From contig CP011212.1 of the NCBI GenBank assembly GCA_001029715.1, positions 769,066 to 833,065 of the forward strand: 64,000 bases of DNA. Reading direction: 5' to 3'. The translations under genes and the position numbers were made by a program. This DNA comes from a candidate division TM6 bacterium GW2011_GWF2_28_16. Its GTDB lineage: Bacteria; Patescibacteriota; Microgenomatia; UBA1400; PJMF01. The notes under the pieces were generated by a model, which made no database searches, had not been told where the DNA came from, and worked only from the letters and a program-made list of their open reading frames with translations. Below, piece after piece: positions 10,864 through 20,643 of the stretch (positions within the stretch are counted from its first letter, which is position 1; each line of letters begins with the position of its first letter).

Positions 10864-11301
10864 TTATTTTCTACCGGTACTGCCGAAGCCACCGCGATTA
10901 ATTGTTGTAAAAGTTTCTAATTTTTCTAACTCTATTTTTTCTCTTGGCAAAATTATCATTTGAACCAAGCGCTCTCCTTTTTCAATTTGCACCTTTTCTT
11001 TGCCAAAATTATAAAGAGCTGCTTTATATTCATCACCGTCACCGCGATAATCATAATCACCAATGCCAATTCCATTGGCCATCATTAAACCTTTTTTCTG
11101 CAGCGAACTGCGAGCTGACATCAGTACAAAATAATCTTCTGGAATTTGCAGTGCAATATTAAGTGGCACATACGCCACTTCTCCTGGAGAAATCTCTAAA
11201 TCTAGGCGACTGTAAAGATCAAGGGCCGCCGCTCCACTAGTCTTATATTCTGGCATCGGCAATGAAGAATCAAAGAGCTTGATTTTTACTTTCATAAACA
11301 T
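10864..11301 (-). CDS. dut: dUTP diphosphatase
   Basis: AAALDL, ARSS, GIGDYDYRG, ERLVQ and RGGFGSTG motifs. Confidence 0.96.
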   Translation of the reverse strand: MFMKVKIKLFDSSLPMPEYKTSGAAALDLYSRLDLEISPGEVAYVPLNIALQIPEDYFVLMSARSSLQKKGLMMANGIGIGDYDYRGDGDEYKAALYNFGKEKVQIEKGERLVQMIILPREKIELEKLETFTTINRGGFGSTGRK

Positions 11302-11322
11302 TTTTCATGCTAACATAAGCTT

Positions 11323-11928
11323 ATGCAAATGGAAACTTTCACTTTGGGTAACCTACAAACCAACTGTTATTTGCTTTCTAATGAATTAACTGGCGCTGCT
11401 ATTATTATTGATCCAGCTGATGATGGAGATTTTCTTAATGATGAATTATTGCGCCAAAATCTTAAATTAGAAGCAATCGTGCTTACTCATGGCCATTTTG
11501 ATCACTGCCTAGGATTGCTTAGTCTCAAAAGTGCCTGGCGAGTGCCGATTATGATGAATTTTGCTGATCAGTTTTTATTGGAGAGAGCTCAGGCAAGTGC
11601 TTTACACTGGCTTGGTCTTGAGAGTGATCCTGTCCCTCCAGCTGATTTTGATTTGGCAGATAAAAATTCGATTGAATTAATTGGTGAAAAATTTCAAATC
11701 ATCAAAACTCCTGGACATACCCCGGGTAGTATTTGTTTGCTGCATGAAAATAGCAAACAACTTTTCAGTGGAGACACTATTTTTGCTCATGGTGACGTAG
11801 GGCGCACTGATTTTGCTTATTCAGATAGAAAAAAAATAAAAACAAGTTTAACTGAACTACGAACCATGGCTAAAAATGGCGATTACATAGAAGTTTATGC
11901 TGGTCATGGAGAAAAATTTTTCGTTTAA
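11323..11928 (+). CDS. MBL-fold metallo-hydrolase (glyoxalase II-like)
   Basis: THGHFDH, PGHTPGS, FSGDT and AGHG motifs. Confidence 0.92.
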   Translation: MQMETFTLGNLQTNCYLLSNELTGAAIIIDPADDGDFLNDELLRQNLKLEAIVLTHGHFDHCLGLLSLKSAWRVPIMMNFADQFLLERAQASALHWLGLESDPVPPADFDLADKNSIELIGEKFQIIKTPGHTPGSICLLHENSKQLFSGDTIFAHGDVGRTDFAYSDRKKIKTSLTELRTMAKNGDYIEVYAGHGEKFFV

Positions 11929-11961
11929 TTGAGACTTGCTTAGATTGATGAGACTGATAAA

Positions 11962-12141
11962 ATGTCTAATCTTATGTGTGAAAGAGGTAAAGGAATACCG
12001 TCGGAAGAAGAACAAAGAGTAATCAATGAAAAAAAGTTGGAAGATCTTCTTATCTGTATAGAAGCCATTGAAGAAAAAACAAAAAAACCAATTCAAGAAC
12101 TTCTAAGAGGAGATCAGCCTACTAACGTTAGATTAAAATAA
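11962..12141 (+). CDS. Small 59-aa hypothetical protein (MSNLMCERGKG...NVRLK), absent from the ORF track
   Basis: Open frame from ATG 11962 to TAA 12139-12141 that fills the gap between the MBL gene and folA. Confidence 0.45.
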   Translation: MSNLMCERGKGIPSEEEQRVINEKKLEDLLICIEAIEEKTKKPIQELLRGDQPTNVRLK

Positions 12142-12143
12142 AA

Positions 12144-12686
12144 TTATCCTAAAGCTTCGTACTCCAATAACAAAGTTCCCTTTTCATTCAATCTATTTTG
12201 CTTTAACAAGCTAAACTCCTGTTCAATTTCGCCCTTAAACAACTTCACGCCTTCGCCAAAAATAAATGGCTCAACGGTTAGAAACATTTTGTCGACCAAG
12301 CCTTTTTCTAAAAATAAGCTGTAGATACTAGCTCCACCACAGAGAGCTACTTGCTCAACTTCTTGGCTACTTAAATTTTCTAGAATTTCTTTTGGGGTTT
12401 CATTGGTAAAAAGCAAATCTGGATCATTATGGCTAGTGTAACGTTCTGGCTGACTAGTCATCACAATGCTAACCCTATCCTGTAAAGCTTTGCCAATTGT
12501 TTCAAAGGTTTTTGAACCCATAATCATCAAGCCTATTTCTTTACTTTTTTGACTGAAAAAATCCTTGTCTTCTTTGCTAGTCCAAGCGGTTGAAGGCAAA
12601 CTTTCTTTATCTAAAGGAGCAATGAAACCATCAATACTCATTGCAGCAATTAAAATAACCTCTGGTCTATTTGTCATATTAACCAT
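12144..12686 (-). CDS. folA: Dihydrofolate reductase
   Basis: IAAMSIDGFI, W..KED..FF, IMGSKTFE and LCGGASIY motifs; adjacent to thyA. Confidence 0.88.
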   Translation of the reverse strand: MVNMTNRPEVILIAAMSIDGFIAPLDKESLPSTAWTSKEDKDFFSQKSKEIGLMIMGSKTFETIGKALQDRVSIVMTSQPERYTSHNDPDLLFTNETPKEILENLSSQEVEQVALCGGASIYSLFLEKGLVDKMFLTVEPFIFGEGVKLFKGEIEQEFSLLKQNRLNEKGTLLLEYEALG

Positions 12687-13461
12687 TTCCTTTTTGCCAA
12701 TCTACACCGATGAGAAGTGGTGCATATAGATCATCTTTCAGATCAATTTTACTATTTTCTAACTCTTCTTTGCTTGGTTCGTGATCGAGAAATTGTACTT
12801 TTTTTAGGTCAGAGACTAAAACAAAAGGAGTTTGCTCTGCCACTTCGCCCATTTCAAATGTAGCCGCAACACCTAAGGCTTCAGCAACGTTAACCTGTTC
12901 CATTACCATTTCTCTACCAAAAATATCTTTCTGACCAATATGATTATTAAGTGACTTAAAACCACAGCTAGCAATGGCTGTCCCAACCACTCCCCAACGC
13001 AAAGGGAAAGAACGACTGTCAGTGGTGATTACTCCAAAATTTTTCAATCCATGTTTATTGCGTAAATATTTCCAAACTGCATTTAAAGTTTCTTGAATTT
13101 TTTCTGGCCAAAGCACAAAACAGCCCTCTCCATTTAACGAAGCATTTGACTCATCAATGCCAGCGTTAACGATCAGAGTTGAATTTTTAATACTGAGCAT
13201 TAGGTCAAACTTAGAAGAATTAGGATCGGTATATAGCTCGGCTTCTTTTCTGACTAAAGCATGCTTTTGTTCTTTCGAATTAGCCTCTTTTTTGACTAAA
13301 CGTCCCTGACAATAACTAATGATTTTAGAACTAATGGCCAAAACTGAATTTTCTGGCAAATGACCCTTTAAATTAGAATCCGCATTGATTGCCTGATCAA
13401 TAACCGCAAAAAGATCATCATTGGCTTGAATAACACGAGACTTAATGGCTTGAACTTGCAT
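12679..13461 (-). CDS. CofE-family gamma-glutamyl ligase, putative folate polyglutamylation enzyme (FolC2-like)
   Basis: SKIISYCQGR, NAGIDESN, TDS...PLRWG and MGEVAEQTP motifs; overlaps folA. Confidence 0.85.
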   Translation of the reverse strand: MQVQAIKSRVIQANDDLFAVIDQAINADSNLKGHLPENSVLAISSKIISYCQGRLVKKEANSKEQKHALVRKEAELYTDPNSSKFDLMLSIKNSTLIVNAGIDESNASLNGEGCFVLWPEKIQETLNAVWKYLRNKHGLKNFGVITTDSRSFPLRWGVVGTAIASCGFKSLNNHIGQKDIFGREMVMEQVNVAEALGVAATFEMGEVAEQTPFVLVSDLKKVQFLDHEPSKEELENSKIDLKDDLYAPLLIGVDWQKGNG

Positions 13462-13524
13462 TGGGATTATTATACATGATAGATACTTGATATCCTTGTC
13501 TTAGCTTGCTACATTGTCTTTATA

Positions 13525-14397
13525 ATGTCACATAAACTCTCCCCCTACCAAAAATTACTCAAGGAAATTTTGGATGAAGGAGATCAAAGTAAAACCCAAC
13601 AAGAAGTCGATAGTATTAGCAAAATTGCACCTGCTTCACTCCATTTCAAACTCAGTGAAGGTTTTCCAATTATTACTGAGCGCAAAATCAGCGAAAAAAT
13701 GTGGAAAGGCGCAATTGGCGAAATCATTGGTTTCATCAACGGTGCACGCACTCAAACTGAATTAGAAAAATATGGTTGTAACTGGTGGAAATCTTGGGTG
13801 ACTGAGGCTAAATGCAAAAAACGTGGTCTCGAAACTGGTGATCTTGGTCCTGGTTCCTACGGCGCTGCTTTTCATGATTTTCCCACCGCTGACGGGGGTA
13901 CTTTTAACCAATTCAAAGAAATCATTGAACAAATTAAAGAATTACCTCACCTCAAAACTCACTTTATCACTCCCTGGATTCCTCAGTACACTATTCGCGG
14001 TAAAGGCAAAACTCAAAAAGTCGTCGTTTGCCCATGTCATGGCTGGATTCACATCCGCATTATCGATAACAAATTAACTTTACATATGTTCCAACGCTCC
14101 TGTGACGTCCCGATTGGTCTTCCGGCCAATCTTGCACAGTATGCAGCTCTGACCATGATGATCGCCCAAGTAACTGGTTATGAGGCTTACGAATATATTC
14201 ATAGTTTTTCTGATGCTCATATTTTTGTCGACCAGATTGATCATGTTAAAGAATTAATTAAGCGCGAAACTCGCCCTTTGCCAAAAATGATTCTCAAAAA
14301 CAAAAAAGACAATCTTTTTGATTACCGCGTCGACGATTTTGAATTAGTTGATTACGATCCAAACCCAGGAATGTGGGACATTCCAGTAGCAGTTTAA
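13525..14397 (+). CDS. thyA: Thymidylate synthase, divergent
   Basis: GFPIITERK, GDLGPGSYG, PCH, QRSCD, PAN..QY and DAHIF motifs, C-terminal AV. Confidence 0.9.
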   Translation: MSHKLSPYQKLLKEILDEGDQSKTQQEVDSISKIAPASLHFKLSEGFPIITERKISEKMWKGAIGEIIGFINGARTQTELEKYGCNWWKSWVTEAKCKKRGLETGDLGPGSYGAAFHDFPTADGGTFNQFKEIIEQIKELPHLKTHFITPWIPQYTIRGKGKTQKVVVCPCHGWIHIRIIDNKLTLHMFQRSCDVPIGLPANLAQYAALTMMIAQVTGYEAYEYIHSFSDAHIFVDQIDHVKELIKRETRPLPKMILKNKKDNLFDYRVDDFELVDYDPNPGMWDIPVAV

Positions 14398-14409
14398 GCG
14401 AAAGTTAAA

Positions 14410-14880
14410 ATGGCACAAAACAAAAATGATTTTATTAATGTTAATAATTCCAGAGAAAAAGATCAGGTTGAAGTAATGAAAAAAATTGCCAATGAGGCTC
14501 ATTGTCCTTTTTGCCTAGAAAATTTGCGACTTTATCACAAGAAACCCATCCTCAAAGAAGGCAAGTTTTGGGTTATTACTACCAATCAATGGCCTTATGA
14601 ACACACCAAACACCATTTTCTTTTGATTTATAAAGAGCACGCTACTAAATTAACTGATTTAGAAACTGAAGCTGGCAATGAACTTTTTAGCATGATTAAA
14701 GATCTAGAAAAAGAATATCATTTTGAAGGTGGTGGCTTAGCAATGCGCTTTGGAGACACTGACTTTTCTGCCGGCACCGTTAATCATTTGCACGTACAAC
14801 TAGTAGTTCCAGATGCAATGGCCAAAGATTTTGAACCCGTGAAAATTAAAATTGGCTTGCAGTGGGAAAAGAGAAAATAG
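14410..14880 (+). CDS. HIT-superfamily protein, HxHxQ type
   Basis: CPFC, NQWPY, HHFLLI and VNHLHVQ motifs. Confidence 0.85.
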   Translation: MAQNKNDFINVNNSREKDQVEVMKKIANEAHCPFCLENLRLYHKKPILKEGKFWVITTNQWPYEHTKHHFLLIYKEHATKLTDLETEAGNELFSMIKDLEKEYHFEGGGLAMRFGDTDFSAGTVNHLHVQLVVPDAMAKDFEPVKIKIGLQWEKRK

Positions 14881-14881
14881 A

Positions 14882-15802
14882 TTATTTCTTCAGCATGTAG
14901 CAGTTCTCAACCATGCTAGCTTGATTTTCCAATTTTTCAATTTCAACAAATTCTTTTTCGGAAAATTTAACCAAAATTACTTCTATACCAAAGCTCTTAA
15001 AAATCTCTAAACCATCAAGTAAAGCATAGCCTTTGGCATAATAAACTTTTTTAATGCCAGCGACGGCAATCTGTTTGGCGCAAACTGGACAAGGAAAAGT
15101 AGTTACAAACATTTCTGCACCATCTAAAGCAATACCTTGCTTAGCGGCTAAAGCAATTAGGTCTGCTTCAGCATGAATTGAACTACTAAAATCAATTCCA
15201 ACCCCAGAAGTAAAAGAAATTCTTGGATCACTATTTTTATATTGTTCATCATTATTTGGTAAATGTTTGTTAGAACCTGCAAAAATTACTTGACCGTTCT
15301 TCATAATCAGACCACCAACATGACGCCACCAATCACTACTTTTACCAGCCTGCATGAAAGCCTTAATCATCATTTTTTGTTCAAAATCTGCTTTGCTAAT
15401 CACAATATCCTTAGGAGCATCATTTTGTTTAGACATGAGATTTCTATCCCAACGCAAAAAGATTGGTTCAAAAGTTTTGTTTGCTGCTTTGGCAAAAAAT
15501 TCTTGAGCTATAAATTGGCCAATGTCGTCGCTAGTAAACACAAAACTATTTGAGTAATCTAATTGCTCTAAATTTTTAATTTTGATTGATTTAACAATAT
15601 TAAATATGTGCCATGAATTGATAGCTTGTTCAGTTAAAGATAGATCTAAAACCCGAATATCTTTTTTTAAATATTCTAATTCTTCAAAGCTTAGGAGCTC
15701 TTCTCTATCCAAAAGCCAAAGCTCAGCGCCGCGATATTTTTCAAAAAATTCCTGATAGCCGCGATGTAAAACGGGCACATAAGCGATGAGAATTTGTTTC
15801 AT
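14882..15802 (-). CDS. dCMP/cytidine deaminase-family protein with an extra N-terminal domain
   Basis: HAE...PCPVC Zn motif; N-terminal AYVPVLHRGY resembles a degenerate HIGH motif. Confidence 0.85.
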   Translation of the reverse strand: MKQILIAYVPVLHRGYQEFFEKYRGAELWLLDREELLSFEELEYLKKDIRVLDLSLTEQAINSWHIFNIVKSIKIKNLEQLDYSNSFVFTSDDIGQFIAQEFFAKAANKTFEPIFLRWDRNLMSKQNDAPKDIVISKADFEQKMMIKAFMQAGKSSDWWRHVGGLIMKNGQVIFAGSNKHLPNNDEQYKNSDPRISFTSGVGIDFSSSIHAEADLIALAAKQGIALDGAEMFVTTFPCPVCAKQIAVAGIKKVYYAKGYALLDGLEIFKSFGIEVILVKFSEKEFVEIEKLENQASMVENCYMLKK

Positions 15803-15809
15803 ATTAGCC

Positions 15810-16373
15810 TTAAGAGGTTTTTAATTCCTCAAGCACTTCTTCAATACTTTTGATTAATTTAGTGCGCATCCGATCTTGAAGTTTGCGAGCTGTATTCATT
15901 TGCATTAAACGAATTTTAGCTGTTGTAGAAGTAGTCGCCATTGGCTCTAAAACTACCACTTTGCCACAAATTTTTTCTAATTTCTTAATGGTTTCTTCAT
16001 CGTAAGTTTTGGCTGTAGCAATCAAAACGTCTGGCTTAATTAATTTGATCAAATTAAACTTAGCCTCGCCTGCTTCCTTCATAACCACATAATCAACACT
16101 GCGCAGATGAGTTAACATTTCCATACGTTCGTCTTCTGGCACAATTGGACGATTTGGTCCCTTGCGTTGACGAACTTTTTCGTCACTATCAACTCCAACA
16201 ATTAGGGCATCACCGTAATCACGAGCTCTATCACAGTAGCGAGCATGACCAATGTGCACCAGGTCAAAAGAGCCCTGAGTGAGAACTATACGTTTGTTTT
16301 CTTGACGTAGTTTTTTGACTATCGCCACGATATCCTGAGCTTGAAGAATGATGTGGGAATTACAATCGGTCAT
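15810..16373 (-). CDS. Cytidylyl/adenylyltransferase (RfaE-II/TagD-like HIGH family)
   Basis: GSFDLVHIGH, VGVDSD..VRQRKG..RP and STT motifs. Confidence 0.9.
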   Translation of the reverse strand: MTDCNSHIILQAQDIVAIVKKLRQENKRIVLTQGSFDLVHIGHARYCDRARDYGDALIVGVDSDEKVRQRKGPNRPIVPEDERMEMLTHLRSVDYVVMKEAGEAKFNLIKLIKPDVLIATAKTYDEETIKKLEKICGKVVVLEPMATTSTTAKIRLMQMNTARKLQDRMRTKLIKSIEEVLEELKTS

Positions 16374-17146
16374 AATGATAAAGAATAAGGCACTTGATGT
16401 TTAAAAGCTGTTTTTTTGACCCGCTCTAAAACTTTTTTTACTAAATCCTGTTGATCTTTGGCAAAAAGAACTGGAATTTCACTTTCTGCTTTTTGTTGAT
16501 CAATTAGATAATATAGTACTTGGTCAGCTAATTCATAAGTAAAACCAAATTCTGCTTCATCGCTCTGCCCTTGCCATAAGCCAGCAGAAGGTGCTTTTTC
16601 TAAAAAGACCGCTGGTAGCTTTAATTCTTCAGCAAACTGGCGAACCTGGGTCTTATATAAGCTTATAAGTGGTTCAATATCAGAGGCTTGGTCGCCAAAT
16701 CTAGTAAAATAACCTAAATAGTGCTCGGATTTATTTTCTGTACCCACTACTAAAGCATTTTTACTTTTAGCATAATCAAAAACTGCCACCATACGCATTC
16801 TGGCCATGACGTTACCTTTGCGTAATTTGTCATCCTCATCAATTTGCAAAGACTTGCAAGCTGCATCAACCATAGAAGCAATGTTTAATACTTTTCTATT
16901 TTCAAAAGGAATTTGCCAAAAATCTAAAATTGTCTCCGCATCAGTCATATCTTGACGATTATATGGCAATAAAATTGGCCAAATTTGTTCTTTTGGCAAA
17001 GCTTTAGCGAGCAAAGAAAGTGACAGTGCGCTATCTATTCCCCCAGAAACAGCAATGACTGCAGCTTTTTTATTGGCTTGCAAAAAAGTATCTCGTAAAA
17101 ACTCAACAATTAAGGAAACTTGCTTCGAAGATGAAGAATTATGCAT
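16370..17146 (-). CDS. nadE: NH3-dependent NAD+ synthetase
   Basis: SGGIDS, GNVMARMRM, GTENKSE, GYFTRFGD and APSAGLW motifs. Confidence 0.96.
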   Translation of the reverse strand: MHNSSSSKQVSLIVEFLRDTFLQANKKAAVIAVSGGIDSALSLSLLAKALPKEQIWPILLPYNRQDMTDAETILDFWQIPFENRKVLNIASMVDAACKSLQIDEDDKLRKGNVMARMRMVAVFDYAKSKNALVVGTENKSEHYLGYFTRFGDQASDIEPLISLYKTQVRQFAEELKLPAVFLEKAPSAGLWQGQSDEAEFGFTYELADQVLYYLIDQQKAESEIPVLFAKDQQDLVKKVLERVKKTAFKHQVPYSLSL

Positions 17147-17158
17147 AAAAATCTCAAA

Positions 17159-17470
17159 CTAGCGTTTAAGACGCTTAATTGTTTTTTTGGCAGTTTTTTT
17201 TATTGATGCAACTACTTTATTTTCGTCTTTTTTGACGAAAAAAAGTAAGTAGACAATTGGCAAAATACCGACTGTATTAAAAATAATTAAAACAACAAAC
17301 CAAACTAATTGATTAGCTCTAGCAGCTTTCCACAAAGAAATTGCCTTTAAAACTCCGTCCAGAATAATCAAAAAGATAAAAGCGCTTGCAAAAGTACCAA
17401 AAATTGATAAGAAATCATTCGACATATAAGGGGCTGAATTAATTAATTGCATAGACCTCAATTTTAGCAC
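17159..17470 (-). CDS. Small membrane protein (DUF5652-like)
   Basis: K.ISLWKAARANQ..WF....FNTVGILPIVYL pattern typical of CPR. Confidence 0.75.
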   Translation of the reverse strand: MLKLRSMQLINSAPYMSNDFLSIFGTFASAFIFLIILDGVLKAISLWKAARANQLVWFVVLIIFNTVGILPIVYLLFFVKKDENKVVASIKKTAKKTIKRLKR

Positions 17471-17474
17471 ATTT

Positions 17475-17783
17475 TTATTTGACTAACTTTACTTTCACTC
17501 CAACCATGTCAATTTGATCAAAGTCTTTTCTGACTAAATCCCAAAATTTTTCTGATAATTTTTGCGAGTAAGTACTGTAAACTCCTCTGCCCATAGCACT
17601 ACAAAGACGGCGATCAAAATCTCTGATTTTATCAACTACTTTTTGTCCAACTTGGTGAAATTCAACTGCATTTTTCTCTGGATTTTCTCTAAAAAGATCA
17701 TTGATCTTCAAAAATTCATCAAAGAGCTGACGATTCTCAGTCACCATTTTTTGATAGTATTCGTTGTACTTGGTTTTTGCCAT
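17475..17783 (-). CDS. Hypothetical protein
   Basis: 102-aa ORF tightly packed within the operon. Confidence 0.75.
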   Translation of the reverse strand: MAKTKYNEYYQKMVTENRQLFDEFLKINDLFRENPEKNAVEFHQVGQKVVDKIRDFDRRLCSAMGRGVYSTYSQKLSEKFWDLVRKDFDQIDMVGVKVKLVK

Positions 17784-17791
17784 CTTGGTTT

Positions 17792-18394
17792 TTAAACAAA
17801 GAGTTTATTTTCCTTAATATATTTAATTACTTTAGCATTCAATAAACCATCAAGACTAGTCTTGTTTTTAAATGCCCTCCTCACTTTTGTTGAAGAAACT
17901 TCCATTTTTGGAAAATCCTTCAAAGCGATCATACCCTCATAAAAAGGCAGAAGTTCAAAAGCAATTCTTGGATAAACATAAAAAGGATATTTTTTTAGCA
18001 TTAGCTGATAGTCGTTCCACAAATGAAATTTCTCTAAATTATCCGAACCAATTAAAAAAGAAAATTGGTGCTCTGGATGTTTTTTGGAAAGAGCCTTCAA
18101 AGTTGAAAAAGTTTGACTTTCCTCATCATGCTCTAGTTCATATTTTTCCAAAAAGATTTTATTTTTGAGGGAGGGATTTTTTTCAACAATGCTATTAACC
18201 ATTAGTTCCAACATCGCCAAACGGTGTTCATTGCTAACAAATTTTTTGGCAAAACTATGCTGACCAACTGGTAAAATCCACAGCTGATCAAGACTAGAAC
18301 CATCTGCAAGAGTTTTGGTTAAAACTTGTTCAATCATCATTTGATGACCAAGATGAGGTGGATTAAAAGTTCCTCCAAAAACAAGAGTTTTCAT
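17792..18394 (-). CDS. nadD: Nicotinate-nucleotide adenylyltransferase
   Basis: FGGTFNPPHLGH, LIGSDN..F..W and VSSTKVR motifs. Confidence 0.93.
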   Translation of the reverse strand: MKTLVFGGTFNPPHLGHQMMIEQVLTKTLADGSSLDQLWILPVGQHSFAKKFVSNEHRLAMLELMVNSIVEKNPSLKNKIFLEKYELEHDEESQTFSTLKALSKKHPEHQFSFLIGSDNLEKFHLWNDYQLMLKKYPFYVYPRIAFELLPFYEGMIALKDFPKMEVSSTKVRRAFKNKTSLDGLLNAKVIKYIKENKLFV

Positions 18395-18397
18395 AAT

Positions 18398-20590
18398 TTA
18401 TGCTGATTTCTTTTTGGCGGCAGTTTTTTTCTTTACTTTAGTTTTAGCTTTTGCTTTAACTTTTTTAGCTGGCTTAGTTTCAGCTGGTTTTTTGTTTTTA
18501 CCCATTCTTTCTTTCCACTCTTCTCTTTTTCTCTTCATTTCCGCCCATTCTTCTTTGGTCAACTTGTAATCTGGTTCTGGCTTTTTCCAAGAAGCAAAAT
18601 CACATTTTGGATAAAGAGAACAGCCATAAAAAGGTTTTCCCCATCTGGTATTTTTGACTATCACATCACCCTCTCCACAAAGTGGACAATGTTGATCAGG
18701 CAAAGTTTCAACAATATTTTGAGTATATTTACATTCTGGAAAACGACTGCAACTTTTAAACTTACCAAAGCGGCCACTGCGAATAACGATTTCTCCTTCT
18801 TTGCATTCTGGACATTGCTCGCCTGTCTTTTCGACTGGAACTTGCACTCTAACTGCTTCCTCGGTGACTTCTGCAATTTTTTTGGCTAGTGGCTTGTAAA
18901 ATAAATCAATAATTTTGACCCAATTTTTTTCGCCAAGAGCAATTAAATCTAAATCCTCTTCCATAGAAGCGGTAAAATCATAATCCATGAAATTATCAAA
19001 ATGCTCTACTAAAAAATCACAAACTGTAATGCCTATAGGAGTAGCAAAGAATTTTTTCTGCGTTCTTTCTACATAAGCACGATCGACAATCACTGAAATA
19101 ATCGAAGCGTAAGTACTTGGACGACCAATACCTCTTTTTTCTAATTCTTTGACCAAAGAAGCATCATTGTATCTGGGTGGAGCTTGGGTGAATTTTTGCA
19201 AAGAAGCGAGATCTAAATAAGATAATGGATCATTAGCTTTGAGATCTGGCAAAATTTGATCTTCGGAAATAGTAAACAATCTTCTCCAACCATCAAATCT
19301 AACAATCGAGCCACTACTACGCAATAAATATTTATTTTTATTTTCCTTAGCTGTAGCCTCAACTAAAATTGTGGTCTGATCATAAATCGCCGGAGTCATC
19401 TGAGATGACAAAAATCTTCTCCAAATTAAATCATAAAGTTTAACGTGCTGTTCAGTCAGTGAAGCAGCTTTGCTAATTACATTATTTTTATCAATACTGA
19501 GATCAGTGACACGGATAGCCTCATGAGCTTCTTGAGCATTTTTGGAGGTTTTACTAAAAACTCTAGCTTTTGCTGGCAGATAATCTTTGCCAAAACTATT
19601 AACTATATATTCACGAGCCTTATCAACAGCGGAAGTAGCTAAATTAAAAGAATCGGTACGATGATAAGTAATCAAACCTTCTTCATAAAGTCTTTGCGCC
19701 AAACTCATGGTCTGTTTAGCAGAATAACCGAAGCTAGTAGCAGCGGCTTGCTGCAATAGCGAAGTAGTAAAAGGTGGCAAACTCTGACGATTACGCTGAG
19801 TTTTCTCTACTCCAATAACGGAATAAGCAGCATCAATCAGATCTTTAGAAATAGCTTCCGCCTGAGCGACATTGCTTACACTGGCTTTTTTACCATTTAA
19901 TTTATCTAAAGCCGCCACAAAAATATTTTTATCTAGCTGTTCTTTTGGCTTGCCTTCTTCGTCAAATACTTTTTGTTCTTTAAGTAAGTCTGCCTTGGCT
20001 AAAGCAACAGATAATTCCCAAAATTCATCTGGTTTAAAAGCAAGGATCTCCTTTTCTCTCTCCACAATTAAGCGTAAGGCTACAGATTGCACTCTACCAG
20101 CAGATAAGCCTCTACGGATCTTCTTCCACAAGACTGGTGAAACTTGATAGCCAACTAAACGATCTAAAATGCGGCGTGCTTGCTGAGCATCAACTAGATT
20201 GAGATCAAGCTTGCCTGGTTTTGCGATAGCAGCATTAACTGCTTCTTTAGTAATTTCATGAAAAGTGGAACGGAAAAATTGTTCTTTGTTCTTGGAATTC
20301 GTTAATAAATTTTGAATATGCCAAGCAATTGCCTCTCCTTCGCGGTCAGGGTCAGTAGCTAAATAAATTTTATCAGCAGTTTTGGCCAATCTTTTGAGAG
20401 TGGCAACAACTTTTTTCTTACCATCACTTACCTCATAAACAGGTTGATAATTATTTTCCAAATCGATGCCCAAGGTTTTCTTTGGTAAATCACTAACATG
20501 ACCCACAGAAGCCTCAATAACATATTTGTTACTGAGATAATCTTTTAGTTTTCTTGCTTTAGTTGGTGACTCAACGATGACTAGATCCAT
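18398..20590 (-). CDS. topA: DNA topoisomerase I
   Basis: IVESPTK, ATDPDREGE, SAGRVQS, ITYHRTDS, C4 zinc ribbons and a Lys-rich tail. Confidence 0.98.
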   Translation of the reverse strand: MDLVIVESPTKARKLKDYLSNKYVIEASVGHVSDLPKKTLGIDLENNYQPVYEVSDGKKKVVATLKRLAKTADKIYLATDPDREGEAIAWHIQNLLTNSKNKEQFFRSTFHEITKEAVNAAIAKPGKLDLNLVDAQQARRILDRLVGYQVSPVLWKKIRRGLSAGRVQSVALRLIVEREKEILAFKPDEFWELSVALAKADLLKEQKVFDEEGKPKEQLDKNIFVAALDKLNGKKASVSNVAQAEAISKDLIDAAYSVIGVEKTQRNRQSLPPFTTSLLQQAAATSFGYSAKQTMSLAQRLYEEGLITYHRTDSFNLATSAVDKAREYIVNSFGKDYLPAKARVFSKTSKNAQEAHEAIRVTDLSIDKNNVISKAASLTEQHVKLYDLIWRRFLSSQMTPAIYDQTTILVEATAKENKNKYLLRSSGSIVRFDGWRRLFTISEDQILPDLKANDPLSYLDLASLQKFTQAPPRYNDASLVKELEKRGIGRPSTYASIISVIVDRAYVERTQKKFFATPIGITVCDFLVEHFDNFMDYDFTASMEEDLDLIALGEKNWVKIIDLFYKPLAKKIAEVTEEAVRVQVPVEKTGEQCPECKEGEIVIRSGRFGKFKSCSRFPECKYTQNIVETLPDQHCPLCGEGDVIVKNTRWGKPFYGCSLYPKCDFASWKKPEPDYKLTKEEWAEMKRKREEWKERMGKNKKPAETKPAKKVKAKAKTKVKKKTAAKKKSA

Positions 20591-20643
20591 AATAAAAACT
20601 TTCTTTCAAAAAACATGCAACAGTTGCTCATTCTAAACGTATT

